Origin: an uncultured Acidobacteriota bacterium
GTDB lineage: Bacteria > Acidobacteriota > Thermoanaerobaculia > Gp7-AA8
Assembly: GCA_963822445.1 (NCBI GenBank)
Contig: CAWGHO010000002.1
Location: 2,016,001-2,080,000 of the forward strand
Length of the DNA stretch: 64,000 nt
Direction: 5' to 3'
A program made the translations under genes and the position numbers. Positions 52,161-61,800 of the stretch are shown here, one piece after another (within the stretch, counting starts at the first letter, position 1; every line of letters begins with the position of its first letter). Under the pieces are notes generated by a model. It did not search any database, was not told where the DNA came from, and worked only from the letters and a program-made list of their open reading frames with translations.

Positions 52161-53407
52161 ACCCACCCACCGATTGGACCAGCGCGATCGCCATCGGTAT
52201 CGCGGGCCTGATCCTCGGCGCGCTCCTGATCTACTTCTTCACCCGCCGCAAGAGCGGGCCGGTCATCGAGAGCGATCTCGATCGCAAAGACCTCGAAGCG
52301 AAACGCGACGCCCTCGTCGCGCAACTGCGCGCTCTGCCGGACGACGCAATCGACGAGCGCTCGCGCCTCGAATCCGAGACCGCGTCGGTCCTACGCTCAC
52401 TCGACAAATGGGGAGCGGCCGTCTCGGCCGCATCGACGGGACGTCCCGTCCCGTCGTCAACCATGGACCCTACAGTCAAAGGCTTCCTCTGGGGCTCCGC
52501 TTCAACCGCCGCCCTCGCCGCCCTCCTCTACTTCGTCATGCAGGCCGCCACACCGCGTCCCGAAGGCGAAATGGCCACCGGCGGCTTCCCGACACAACAG
52601 GGCCAGCAGTCCACCGCCGCACCCGATCCGGTGATCGCGCAACTCGAGGCCGCCGTTAAAAACAACCCGAACAACACCACCGCCCGCCTCGATCTCGCGC
52701 AGCTCTATCTCGAGCGCGACAACATGATGGGCGTCTTCGAGCAGACCAAAGTCGTCCTCGAGCGCGAGCCGCAGAACAGCCGCGCGCTGACCTTGGCCGC
52801 ACTCGTTCGAATGGCCATGGGCGAAGCCGAATCGGCCGTGCAGATGCTGCAGCAGGCCACCAGCGTCGATCCGATGAATCTCGATTCGCGCGTCGCTCTT
52901 GCCTGGATTTACGCGCAGACGAACCGGGTCCCCGAAGCGGAAGCCGCGATCGCTGACGCCGTGCGCGTCTCGCCGGAGAACAAGGCCCGCCTCGAAGAAG
53001 TGCTCACGCAGATGAAGGCCCACGCGGCGATGCCGCAGCAGCAGGCCGCGCAAGCTCCGCAGACCGCGCCCGCTGCACCAGCGGCGGCGGCGAGCGGTCC
53101 CGGCGTCACCGTGAACATCGCCCTCGACCCCGGCGCGCAAAGCCGCTCCGGCGTCCTGTTCGTGATCGCCCGCAATCCGCAGGGCGGCCCACCCGTCGCC
53201 GTCAAACGGGTCATGGCCTCGTCGTTCCCGATGACCGTGCAACTGACGTCCGCCGATTCGATGCTCGGCCAGCCGCTCCCCGCATCCTTCCGCGTGGAAG
53301 CCCGACTCGACAGCGACGGCAACGCGACCACGAAACCACCCACCGACCCCAGCGCGTTTCAGGATGGTGTCGGGCCGGGTGCGGCCGTCGCGTTGTCGTT
53401 GAAATGA
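52157..53407 (+). CDS. ccmI: CcmI/CycH-like TPR protein
   Basis: Two TM helices, TPR-like repeats, C-terminal GPPVAVKR...FP...DSM...EARLDSDGNA domain. Confidence 0.75.
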   Translation: MNPPTDWTSAIAIGIAGLILGALLIYFFTRRKSGPVIESDLDRKDLEAKRDALVAQLRALPDDAIDERSRLESETASVLRSLDKWGAAVSAASTGRPVPSSTMDPTVKGFLWGSASTAALAALLYFVMQAATPRPEGEMATGGFPTQQGQQSTAAPDPVIAQLEAAVKNNPNNTTARLDLAQLYLERDNMMGVFEQTKVVLEREPQNSRALTLAALVRMAMGEAESAVQMLQQATSVDPMNLDSRVALAWIYAQTNRVPEAEAAIADAVRVSPENKARLEEVLTQMKAHAAMPQQQAAQAPQTAPAAPAAAASGPGVTVNIALDPGAQSRSGVLFVIARNPQGGPPVAVKRVMASSFPMTVQLTSADSMLGQPLPASFRVEARLDSDGNATTKPPTDPSAFQDGVGPGAAVALSLK

Positions 53408-53424
53408 CGTACACTCCGCCAACA

Positions 53425-53498
53425 GCCTCGGGGTGGCCATTGCGGCCTGAGATCACACCCGCGGAACCTGACCCGGTTCGGACCGGCGTAGGGAAGGC
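53425..53498 (+). ncRNA. TPP (THI-box) riboswitch
   Basis: GGGGTG...CTGAGA-TCACACCC...GAACCTGA-CCCGGT-TCGG-ACCGGCGTAGGGAA; P1 is GCCT/AGGC. Confidence 0.9.
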
Positions 53499-53500
53499 AG

Positions 53501-55531
53501 ATGACGGACATACTCTTTTTTCTTCTCGCACTCACTCTCGACGACACCCAACAACTTCCAACCGATCCCCGCTTTGCCGAGACGATGGTCGTCTCCGCGA
53601 TCCGCGCGGATGACGAGACCCCGGTCACGAAGAGCGACCTCGATCGCCAGGAGCTCGAAGAGCGCTATCACGGCCAGGACGTGCCGCTGCTCCTGCGCGA
53701 CACTCCTTCGATCAACGCCTACATCGAGTCGGGCGTTGGCGGCGCGGGCTACTCGTACATCAGTCTGCGCGGCATCGGCTCGTCGCGCATCAACTTCACG
53801 CTCGATGGCGTTCCGCTCGCTGATTCCGAGGATATGGCCACGTATTTCGCGGACTTCCCGGATCTTGCGCGCTCGCTGGAGAGCATTCAGATCCAGCGCG
53901 GCGTGGGGACGTCGACCGTCGGCTCCGCGTCATACGGCGGCTCGGTGAACATGGAGAGCATCGACCTCGCCCAGGATTCCGCGGTCGACGCGACGCTCGG
54001 AGCGGGCTCGTTCGGAAACCGGCAGGCCAGCGTCGGCTATCACTCCGGCGTGCTGCCCGGCGACTTCTCGCTCTACACGCGGCTCTCGTATCTCGAGAGC
54101 GACGGCTTCCGCGACAACTCCGGCATGCGCCAGCGCAACCTCTTCTTCAGCGGTGCGAAGCAGCTCGGCGACGCGCAGCAGCTCAAGCTCACCGGCTTTT
54201 CCGGTCACGAGCGGCAGCAACTCTCGTTCTACGCGACCGATGCCGACACGCTGAAGAACGACCTGCGCTCCAATCCGTTGCGCGGCGATGAGAAGGACAG
54301 CTTCGGCTACGACCTGGCCCAGTTGCAGTACATCCGCGCCATCGATTCACGCTCGGACATGACCGCGTCGGCCTACTACCAGCGCGGTTACGGCTGGTAC
54401 CGGCTGTTCGACTTCGGAAGTGACGTTCTGCGCGAGTACGGCCTCGATGGAACGCTCGTCGGCGGCATGCTCACCTACTCACACACAAACGGGGCGATGA
54501 CCATCAACAGCGGTTTGCATGTGAACCGCTTCAAGCGCGATCACACCCGCGACGATCTTTCGCTCGACGTTCGCGACTATGCGAATTACGGCGTGAAAGG
54601 GGAGGCCAACGCCTTCGCCAAGGTGAGCTGGGATCGCGAGCGCCTGCATCTCTACGGCGACGCCCAGGTCCGCTACGCTGATTTCGAATACCACGGCGAC
54701 GTGGACGTCGCGCCGATCTCCTGGACATTCTTCAATCCCAAGATCGGCGCTCGCTACACGCTCACGCCGGCGTCGACGGTGTACGGATCGTTCGGTCTGA
54801 CCACGCGCGAGCCGGCCCGCAATGACTTCTTCCACGGCGACGACAATCCCGCCGTCGCGTACGACCCTCGCGCGGTGAAGCCGGAGCGGGTGTACGACCT
54901 CGAGCTGGGCTGGAACTATCGTGCGGCGAACGTCGGACTCGCGGCGAATCTTTACGCGATGGAGTTCCGCAACGAGATCGCCGCTACCGGCGAGCTGTCG
55001 GACATCGGTTTGCCGCTGCGCCGCAACGTCGATCGCAGTTTCCGCCGCGGCCTCGAGCTGGAAGCGGATTGGCGCGTCGTGCCTTCGCTCCGCCTGCGCA
55101 CGAGTGCGAATCTCAGCCGCAATCAGATCGACGAATGGACGCAGTTCTACGACACCGGATCGATCACCTACCGCGACGTGGAGCCGCTGCTCACCCCGAG
55201 CGTGATCGTCAGCCAGTCACTCGAATACCGCCCCCTCACCGCCCTCACTCTGGGCGCAACCGGGCGGTGGGTAGGGGAGTCGTATCTCGACAACACCAAC
55301 CATCCCGATCTGACCACGCCGTCGTTCTTCACCGTCGACGCGACCGCCGCTTACGCGCTGAGCGATCGCGTCCGGTTCACCCTGCAGATCAACAACGCCC
55401 TGAACAACGACCTCATCTATCCGAGCGGCTACAGCTACCTCTACCTCGACAACGGCGCCGCGGCGGGCATCCCGTATTACTACCCGCAGGCGACGCGGAA
55501 CGCGGTGGTGTTGGTGGATCTGGACTTTTGA
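53501..55531 (+). CDS. TonB-dependent receptor, probably for thiamine
   Basis: TonB box ETMVVSA, plug motifs SLRG, LDGVPL and IQIQRG, C-terminal Phe; directly behind the TPP riboswitch. Confidence 0.85.
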   Translation: MTDILFFLLALTLDDTQQLPTDPRFAETMVVSAIRADDETPVTKSDLDRQELEERYHGQDVPLLLRDTPSINAYIESGVGGAGYSYISLRGIGSSRINFTLDGVPLADSEDMATYFADFPDLARSLESIQIQRGVGTSTVGSASYGGSVNMESIDLAQDSAVDATLGAGSFGNRQASVGYHSGVLPGDFSLYTRLSYLESDGFRDNSGMRQRNLFFSGAKQLGDAQQLKLTGFSGHERQQLSFYATDADTLKNDLRSNPLRGDEKDSFGYDLAQLQYIRAIDSRSDMTASAYYQRGYGWYRLFDFGSDVLREYGLDGTLVGGMLTYSHTNGAMTINSGLHVNRFKRDHTRDDLSLDVRDYANYGVKGEANAFAKVSWDRERLHLYGDAQVRYADFEYHGDVDVAPISWTFFNPKIGARYTLTPASTVYGSFGLTTREPARNDFFHGDDNPAVAYDPRAVKPERVYDLELGWNYRAANVGLAANLYAMEFRNEIAATGELSDIGLPLRRNVDRSFRRGLELEADWRVVPSLRLRTSANLSRNQIDEWTQFYDTGSITYRDVEPLLTPSVIVSQSLEYRPLTALTLGATGRWVGESYLDNTNHPDLTTPSFFTVDATAAYALSDRVRFTLQINNALNNDLIYPSGYSYLYLDNGAAAGIPYYYPQATRNAVVLVDLDF

Positions 55532-56088
55532 CCCTCTTCGAAATCCTCGCCGCCCTCATCACCCTGACCAGCATCTACCTGGCCACGCGCGAGAACGTCT
55601 GGTACTACCCGACCGGCATCGTCAGCGTGGTGATGTACGCCTGGGTCTACTTCGGCGCGCGGCTTTATGCCGAGGCGGGGTTGCAGGGGGTGTGGCTGGT
55701 CTTGCTGGTTTATGGATGGTGGGCGTGGCTGTACGGCGGGAAGAATCACACCGAGTTGCCGGTCACGCGCACGCCGCGCTGGGCCTGGATCGCCGTGATC
55801 GTCAGCGGCGCGGCCATGACCGTGATCATCGTCGCCATCCAGCGCAACTTCACCGACAACCCCGCGCCGTTCGTCGATTCCTCGATCGCTGCGTGGAGCA
55901 TCGTCGCGCAGTGGATGACTGCGCGGAAGTGGCTCGAGAACTGGCTGTTCTGGATCGCCGTCAACGCCGTGGCCGTGCCGCTCTACATCACCCGCGCGCT
56001 GTGGCCGACAGCCGCGCTCTACGCAATCCTCTTCGTCCTCGGTATCGAAGGCTGGCGCAAATGGCGACGCTCACTCGCATCTGCCTGA
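55528..56088 (+). CDS. PnuC-family vitamin transporter (PnuT-like by regulation)
   Basis: TTG start overlapping the previous TGA; YGWWAW, PFVDS, AQWMTARKWLENWLFWIAVN. Confidence 0.85.
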   Translation: MTLFEILAALITLTSIYLATRENVWYYPTGIVSVVMYAWVYFGARLYAEAGLQGVWLVLLVYGWWAWLYGGKNHTELPVTRTPRWAWIAVIVSGAAMTVIIVAIQRNFTDNPAPFVDSSIAAWSIVAQWMTARKWLENWLFWIAVNAVAVPLYITRALWPTAALYAILFVLGIEGWRKWRRSLASA

Positions 56089-56621
56089 CCGGTCCGGAGT
56101 GCACCGGCAAGACTGTTTTGGCCGCGGCACTCGCTCGCGAGCTGAACACGGTGTGGGTTCCGGAGTTCGCGCGCGAGCACGCCGAAACGTGTGGCCACGA
56201 GCTCAGCGCCGCCGACGTCGAGCCGATCGCGCGCGGGCAGATGGCGAATGAAGATCGTGTAACGCCCTCAGCCGACCGCGTTCTGCTGCTCGATACCGAC
56301 CTGATCTCCACCGTCGTCTACGCGCGTCACTACTACGGCTCCTGCCCGCGATGGATCGAAGAGGAAGCGCGGCGGCGCCGCGCCGATCTGTATCTCCTGC
56401 TCGACACTGACGTTCCCTGGAACCCGGATTCGGTGCGCGATGCGGGCGGTGATGAACGGGAGGATCTCTTCGACGCGTTCCGCGCGGCGCTGGATGAATT
56501 CGAAACGAGGTGGGAGATCGTCAGCGGCGACCGCGACGCGCGGCGCGCTTACGCGGCGCTCGCGATATCCACGGTGATCAGCAGCAGACACCCTTCCTCG
56601 GACGCCACGATATCCCCATGA
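56061..56621 (+). CDS. NadR-type P-loop kinase (kinase domain only)
   Basis: ICLTGPECTGKT, VPEFARE, LLLDTD, DVPWNPDSVRD. Confidence 0.8.
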   Translation: MATLTRICLTGPECTGKTVLAAALARELNTVWVPEFAREHAETCGHELSAADVEPIARGQMANEDRVTPSADRVLLLDTDLISTVVYARHYYGSCPRWIEEEARRRRADLYLLLDTDVPWNPDSVRDAGGDEREDLFDAFRAALDEFETRWEIVSGDRDARRAYAALAISTVISSRHPSSDATISP

Positions 56622-57025
56622 TGCGAGCTCGCCTCGGCGTGATGGAAATCGCCGGGGTTGAGCGCCAGCGCGCCGATGCGGCAGCTGCCGCGGATCACGA
56701 ACGAGTCCTCGCCCCCTTCGTGATCGTGCGCGGGGAGCATGGCCAGTGGCTCGAGATCGAGGAGGAAGCTCATCGTGCCGCGACGAAGATCTTTGTTGAG
56801 GCGCTTCGTCCGCGCACCGGGCGCGCACGTCGTCCAGCGGCCTTCATCCTGACGGACGGTCACCGACTCGTGCTCGCCGGGGACGCTCTCATCGAGCTGC
56901 TGGCGGCCGCGGACCGCGGCGAGGACGCGCGCGCGAACGAACGCCGGCGGCTCGATCGGCTCGATCGACTCCGCGGCGATGCCGTCCAGCATCTCCAATT
57001 CTTCTCGTGTCAGCGCATCGCTCAT
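56549..57025 (-). CDS. ChrR-like cupin protein (anti-sigma-like)
   Basis: PPAFVRARVLAA linker, PAHDHEGGEDSFVIRG, GDFHHAEASSHH. Confidence 0.72.
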   Translation of the reverse strand: MSDALTREELEMLDGIAAESIEPIEPPAFVRARVLAAVRGRQQLDESVPGEHESVTVRQDEGRWTTCAPGARTKRLNKDLRRGTMSFLLDLEPLAMLPAHDHEGGEDSFVIRGSCRIGALALNPGDFHHAEASSHHGDIVASEEGCLLLITVDIASAA

Positions 57026-57414
57026 TTCGTCTGGCGCCCCGCAACCTCGAGCCGAAGCTCGCTCATTCCGGTCCGGAGCATCGCCCGAACCGTTTCTTCC
57101 GGCAGAGAATACACGCGAGCGAGGTCGGCCACGGACATCCCGCCGTAGAACGCGGCCTCGACGAGCTGCCGTGGAGCCGGTCTCATCCCGGATGGTTCTA
57201 CGGACGGCGCGGTCGACCGGTCGTATCGGGTCAGCGCTTTCTCGCGCGTCAGGCGCACCAACTCGGCCAGTTCGGCCGGCACTGAGGCCGAGGTGAAGAT
57301 CTCCTCGAGAACCGCTGCCGCTGCCGTTTCGTCGCCGGTGATGCGGAGCGCCAGTGCAAAAAGCCGCGGCGCGTGCGCATCGTACAGAGCGATGATGTCG
57401 GAGGAAGATGACAC
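57022..57414 (-). CDS. Short, degenerate ECF sigma factor
   Basis: LYDAHAPRLFALALRITGD (region 2) and AFYGGMSVADLA...PEETVRAMLRTGM (region 4). GTG 57414 inferred; ATGA overlap with the cupin gene. Confidence 0.65.
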   Translation of the reverse strand: MSSSSDIIALYDAHAPRLFALALRITGDETAAAAVLEEIFTSASVPAELAELVRLTREKALTRYDRSTAPSVEPSGMRPAPRQLVEAAFYGGMSVADLARVYSLPEETVRAMLRTGMSELRLEVAGRQTK

Positions 57415-57434
57415 GGGAGCCCCAAGTTTAGCCG

Positions 57435-57470
57435 ACCTGACAACCTGATAACCTGACAACCCGACAACCA
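57435..57470. repeat. Solo octamer tandem array
   Basis: ACCTGACA ACCTGATA ACCTGACA ACCCGACA ACCA directly before ATG 57473. Confidence 0.85.
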
Positions 57471-57472
57471 AA

Positions 57473-58009
57473 ATGAACTGGCTCCTCAAGAACTTCCTCC
57501 GCGGCCTGGTCATCGTCGTCCCGATCGCGCTCACCGTCTATCTGCTCTTCCAGGCCTTTCTCGCGCTCGATCAGATCCTCAAGCTGCGCTATCCCGGTCT
57601 CGGTGTCGCCGTCCTGCTCCTGGCCACGATCGCCATCGGTGCGCTGACGTCGAACTTCGTCGGACGGCGGGTCTTCGGGCTCACCGAGATGATGTTCACC
57701 AAGGCGCCGATCGTCAGGATCATCTACGCGGCCATCAAGGATCTGCTGGAAGCCTTCGTCGGGAACAAGCGCCGCTTCGATCGGCCGGTCACGGTGATGG
57801 TCGGCGAGCACGCGAAGATGCTCGGGTTCATCACCCAGGAAGAGCTCGGTGCGCTCGGGTCGGCGGGAGAGATCGCGGTGTACGTCCCCTTCTCCTACAC
57901 CTGGGACGGTTGCCTGATGATCGTGCCGCGGGAACGCGTCCAGCCGCTCTCCGTGGACAGCGCGAGCGTGCTCGCGTTCGCTGTCTCCGGCGGCGTCTCA
58001 AAGGTCTGA
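57473..58009 (+). CDS. DUF502 family membrane protein
   Basis: FLRGLVIVVPIALT, PIVRIIYAAIKD, VYVP, VSGG. Confidence 0.82.
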   Translation: MNWLLKNFLRGLVIVVPIALTVYLLFQAFLALDQILKLRYPGLGVAVLLLATIAIGALTSNFVGRRVFGLTEMMFTKAPIVRIIYAAIKDLLEAFVGNKRRFDRPVTVMVGEHAKMLGFITQEELGALGSAGEIAVYVPFSYTWDGCLMIVPRERVQPLSVDSASVLAFAVSGGVSKV

Positions 58010-58116
58010 GCCGGTACCACCGGCGGCGTTGATGTTTGAGATCGCTTGGACGCGCATTCAGGACGCGCGTGATGAGGGCGGAGCGACTGACGCAGCGGGC
58101 CGTGCCCGCCAACGTC

Positions 58117-58144
58117 TTGCATCACAAAATGTTTCGCATATGAT
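58117..58144 (+). promoter_or_regulatory. Candidate promoter of the act operon
   Basis: TTGCAT, 16-nt spacer, TATGAT in an AT-rich patch upstream of actA. Confidence 0.5.
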
Positions 58145-58212
58145 GCGCGACGCCGCGCGAGCCCGCGCGTGGTGTCGTACGGCAGTTGCCTGCCCCCTCG
58201 CATTGAACTCTC

Positions 58213-58860
58213 ATGGCTCAAATCTTCGACCGTAGTGCGAACACACTGTCTCGCGTGACGATCTTCGGCGCGATCTTCATTGCCGGGTTCGTCTTGTGGG
58301 TCATCGGAGGCATCGTCCGTTCGCCCTACTTCACCAATCAGGGCATCGCCCGGGAGCAGCCCGTTCCCTTCAGCCATCAGCATCACGTCGGCGGCCTGGG
58401 CATCGATTGCCGCTACTGCCACACCAGCGTCGAGACCTCCAACTTCGCCGGCATCCCGCCCACCTCCACCTGCATGAACTGCCACTCGCAGATCTGGACC
58501 AACGCGGAGATGCTCGAGCCCATCCGGGCCAGCTTCCGGAACAACCGCCCCATTCGCTGGAGCCGGGTCCATCGTCTGCCGGACTTCGTCCAGTTCAACC
58601 ACAGCATTCACGTGCACAAAGGCATCGGCTGCGCGACCTGCCACGGGCGCATCGACAGGATGAACCTCGTGTCCCAGGCCTCGCCCCTGACCATGGAGTG
58701 GTGCCTGAACTGCCATCGCAATCCCGAGAAGTACATCAGGCCGCGTGAAGAGGTCTTCAACATGGCCTACGTCCCGAAGAATCAGGCTGCACTCGGCCCG
58801 AAGCTCGTCCAGGAGTACGGGGTGAAGAAGATGACGAGCTGTTCGGTGTGCCACTACTGA
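58213..58860 (+). CDS. actA: Alternative complex III pentaheme cytochrome c
   Basis: Five CxxCH motifs (CRYCH, CMNCH, CATCH, CLNCH, CSVCH), QPVPFSH. Confidence 0.92.
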   Translation: MAQIFDRSANTLSRVTIFGAIFIAGFVLWVIGGIVRSPYFTNQGIAREQPVPFSHQHHVGGLGIDCRYCHTSVETSNFAGIPPTSTCMNCHSQIWTNAEMLEPIRASFRNNRPIRWSRVHRLPDFVQFNHSIHVHKGIGCATCHGRIDRMNLVSQASPLTMEWCLNCHRNPEKYIRPREEVFNMAYVPKNQAALGPKLVQEYGVKKMTSCSVCHY

Positions 58861-58861
58861 C

Positions 58862-61800
58862 ATGAGCGATCCCAAGAATCTCGATTTCACCGAGTTCCGC
58901 CAGCGCGTCGGCGATCTTCGCGGCCGCGAGTTCTGGCGGAGCCTCGAGGAGCTCTCGCGCAGCGATGCGTTCGACGAGTTCTTCGAACAGGAGTTCCCGC
59001 AGCAGGCGTTGCCGCTGCAGAAGGGCGTCGACCGCCGCAACTTCATGAAGCTGATGGGCGCCTCGGTGGCGATGGCCGGCCTCGCGGCCTGCCGCCAGCC
59101 GAACGAGACGATCATCCCGTACGTCAATCAGCCCGAGAACCTGATCCCCGGCAAGCCGCTGTTCTTCGCCAGCGCCATGACCCTCGGCGGCGTCGCGACG
59201 GGCGTGCTCGTCGAGAGTCACATGCACCGCCCGACGAAGATCGAGGGCAATCCCGAGCATCCTTCCAGTCTCGGCGCCAGCGATTCCTTCATGCAGGCCT
59301 CGGTGCTCGGCCTCTACGATCCCGACCGCTCCCAGGTCGTGCGCAAGCTCGGTGACACCGCGACCTGGTCCGAATTCCTCGGCGCATTGCAGCCGGTACT
59401 CAACGCCGCGAAAACCAACGGCGCCGGATTGCGGATCCTCACCCAGACCATCACCTCACCGACCCTCGGCGCGCAAATCCAGGCGCTGCTCGCGCAGTAC
59501 CCGGGCATGAAGTGGCATCAGTGGGAAGCCGTGAGCCGCGACAACGTGCGCGCCGGCGCCCGCATGGCCTTCGGCAGCGACGCCAGCGTGCATTACGACT
59601 TCACCAAAGCCAACGTCGTCGTCTCCCTCGGCTCCGATTTCCTCGGCGAAGGCCCGGGACATCTCCGTTATGCACGCGATTTCATGTCGCGCCGCAAGGT
59701 CCGCCACGGCAAGACCCAGTCGATCAACCGCCTTTACGCAATTGAAGCCAGCGTGACCCAGACCGGAACCGTTGCCGATCACCGCCTCGGCGTGAAGCCG
59801 TCGCAGATCGAAGAGCTCGCGCGGCAGTTGCTGGCGGGAAATTCGGGCAACGCCGTCCTGCAGGCCGCGATCAAGGATCTTCAGGCCAATCGCGGCGCGA
59901 GCATCGTCATTGCCGGCGACGAGCAACCCGCCGCCGTTCACGCGATCGCTCACGCGCTCAATTCGCAACTCGGAAACATCGGCACGACGGTGATGGTCAC
60001 CGACTCGATCGAAGTCGCGCCGGTCAATCAGCTCGATTCCCTGCGCCAGCTCGTTCGCGACATCAACGCCGGCGCCGTCAACGGCCTGATCATCCTCGGC
60101 GGCAATCCCGTCTTCGACGCGCCGAGCGACATGCATTTCGGCAAATTGCTCGACACCGTGCCGTTCCGCGCGCATCTCTCGCTCTATTACGACGAGACGT
60201 CGATGCGCTGCCAGTGGCACATCCCCGATGTTCACTATCTCGAGACCTGGGGCGACGCCCGCGCGCACGACGGCACGATCTCCATCATCCAGCCGCTGAT
60301 TGCCCCGCTCTACAACGGCCGCTCCGCGCACGAGGTCCTCGGCGCCCTGATCGGCGGCCTCGATCAAACGCCATATCAAACCGTGCGCAATTACTGGTTC
60401 AGCAAAGGCGCTACCGAAGACACGTGGCGCAAATGGCTCCACGACGGCTTCATCTCGGGTAGCGCACTGCCGGTTCGCGCAGCGTCGGCGGCGTTCAACC
60501 CCGCAACCCCGCAACCCAGTAACCCCGCAACCGGTATCGAACTGGAACTCCGCCACGATCCGACGATCTACGACGGCCGCTTCGCCAATAACGCCTGGCT
60601 CCAGGAGCTCCCCAAGCCGCACACGAAGATCACCTGGGACAACGCCCTGATCATCGGACCGCGGCTCTCCGAGAAAATCGGCTTCACGGCCGAAGAGCGC
60701 GATCCCCTCGTCAATGAGAAGCAGACGCGGTTCGCCGAAGTCACGTATCGCGGCGTGACCATGCGGCTGCCGGTATGGGTCCTTCCCGGCCAGCCCGACG
60801 ACGTGGCCACGATTTACTTCGGTTACGGCCGCACGCACTCGGGCGGAATCGGCAACGGCAAAGGCTTCAACACGTATCCGTTCCGCTACGCCGACGCACT
60901 GCATGGCGGCGGTGGCGCGAAGATCGTCATGTCCGACGCCGCGCCGCGGATCTATGGCATCGCCTGCACGCAGGAACATCAGTCCATCGATCCGAAGCTC
61001 GTCGGCGAGCGCGGATTAATTCGCGCGGCGACCTTCGAGGGCTACAAGCAGAATCCGAACTTCGCGAAAGACCCGCATCACGGCAGCGACGTCACCGGTC
61101 ACGGCGACGAGTCGATGTACGAGCCGTACGACTACAGCAAAGAGCACGCGTGGGCGATGGTCATTGACACGTCCGTGTGCACCGGCTGTAATGGCTGCGT
61201 TGTCGCCTGTCAGGCCGAGAACAACATCGCCGTCGTCGGCAAGGAAGAAGTAATCCGCGAGCGCGAGCTGCACTGGTTGCGCATCGACCGCTATTTCCGC
61301 GGCAATCCGGATAATCCCGAGGTTTATCACGAGCCGGTGCCTTGCATGCAGTGTGAGAACGCGCCGTGCGAGCCGGTTTGTCCCGTCGAAGCGACCTCCC
61401 ACAGCGCGGAAGGTCTGAACGACATGACCTACAACCGCTGCGTCGGCACGCGTTACTGCTCGAACAACTGCCCATACAAAGTGCGGCGTTTCAATTTCTT
61501 CGGATATTCCGATTACGACACGCCGGCATTGAAGCCGATGCGCAATCCCGACGTCACCGTGCGTACCCGCGGCGTAATGGAAAAGTGCACGTATTGCGTA
61601 CAGCGCATCCGCGCCGGACAGATCGAGGCGAAGAAGCAGGGTCGCCGCGTGAAAGATGGTGAAGTCGTGACGGCCTGTCAGCAGGCTTGCCCGACTGAGG
61701 CCATCGTGTTCGGGGACATGAACGATCCCAACAGCGCGGTTGCGCAACTCAAGGCGCAACCGACGCATTACGCGTTGCTCGAGGAACTGCAGACCCGTCC

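Noticed and set aside
53404-53613. 69-aa ORF coupled to the ccmI stop as a leader peptide
   Set aside because: It runs through the riboswitch and out of frame into the receptor gene; no coding features.
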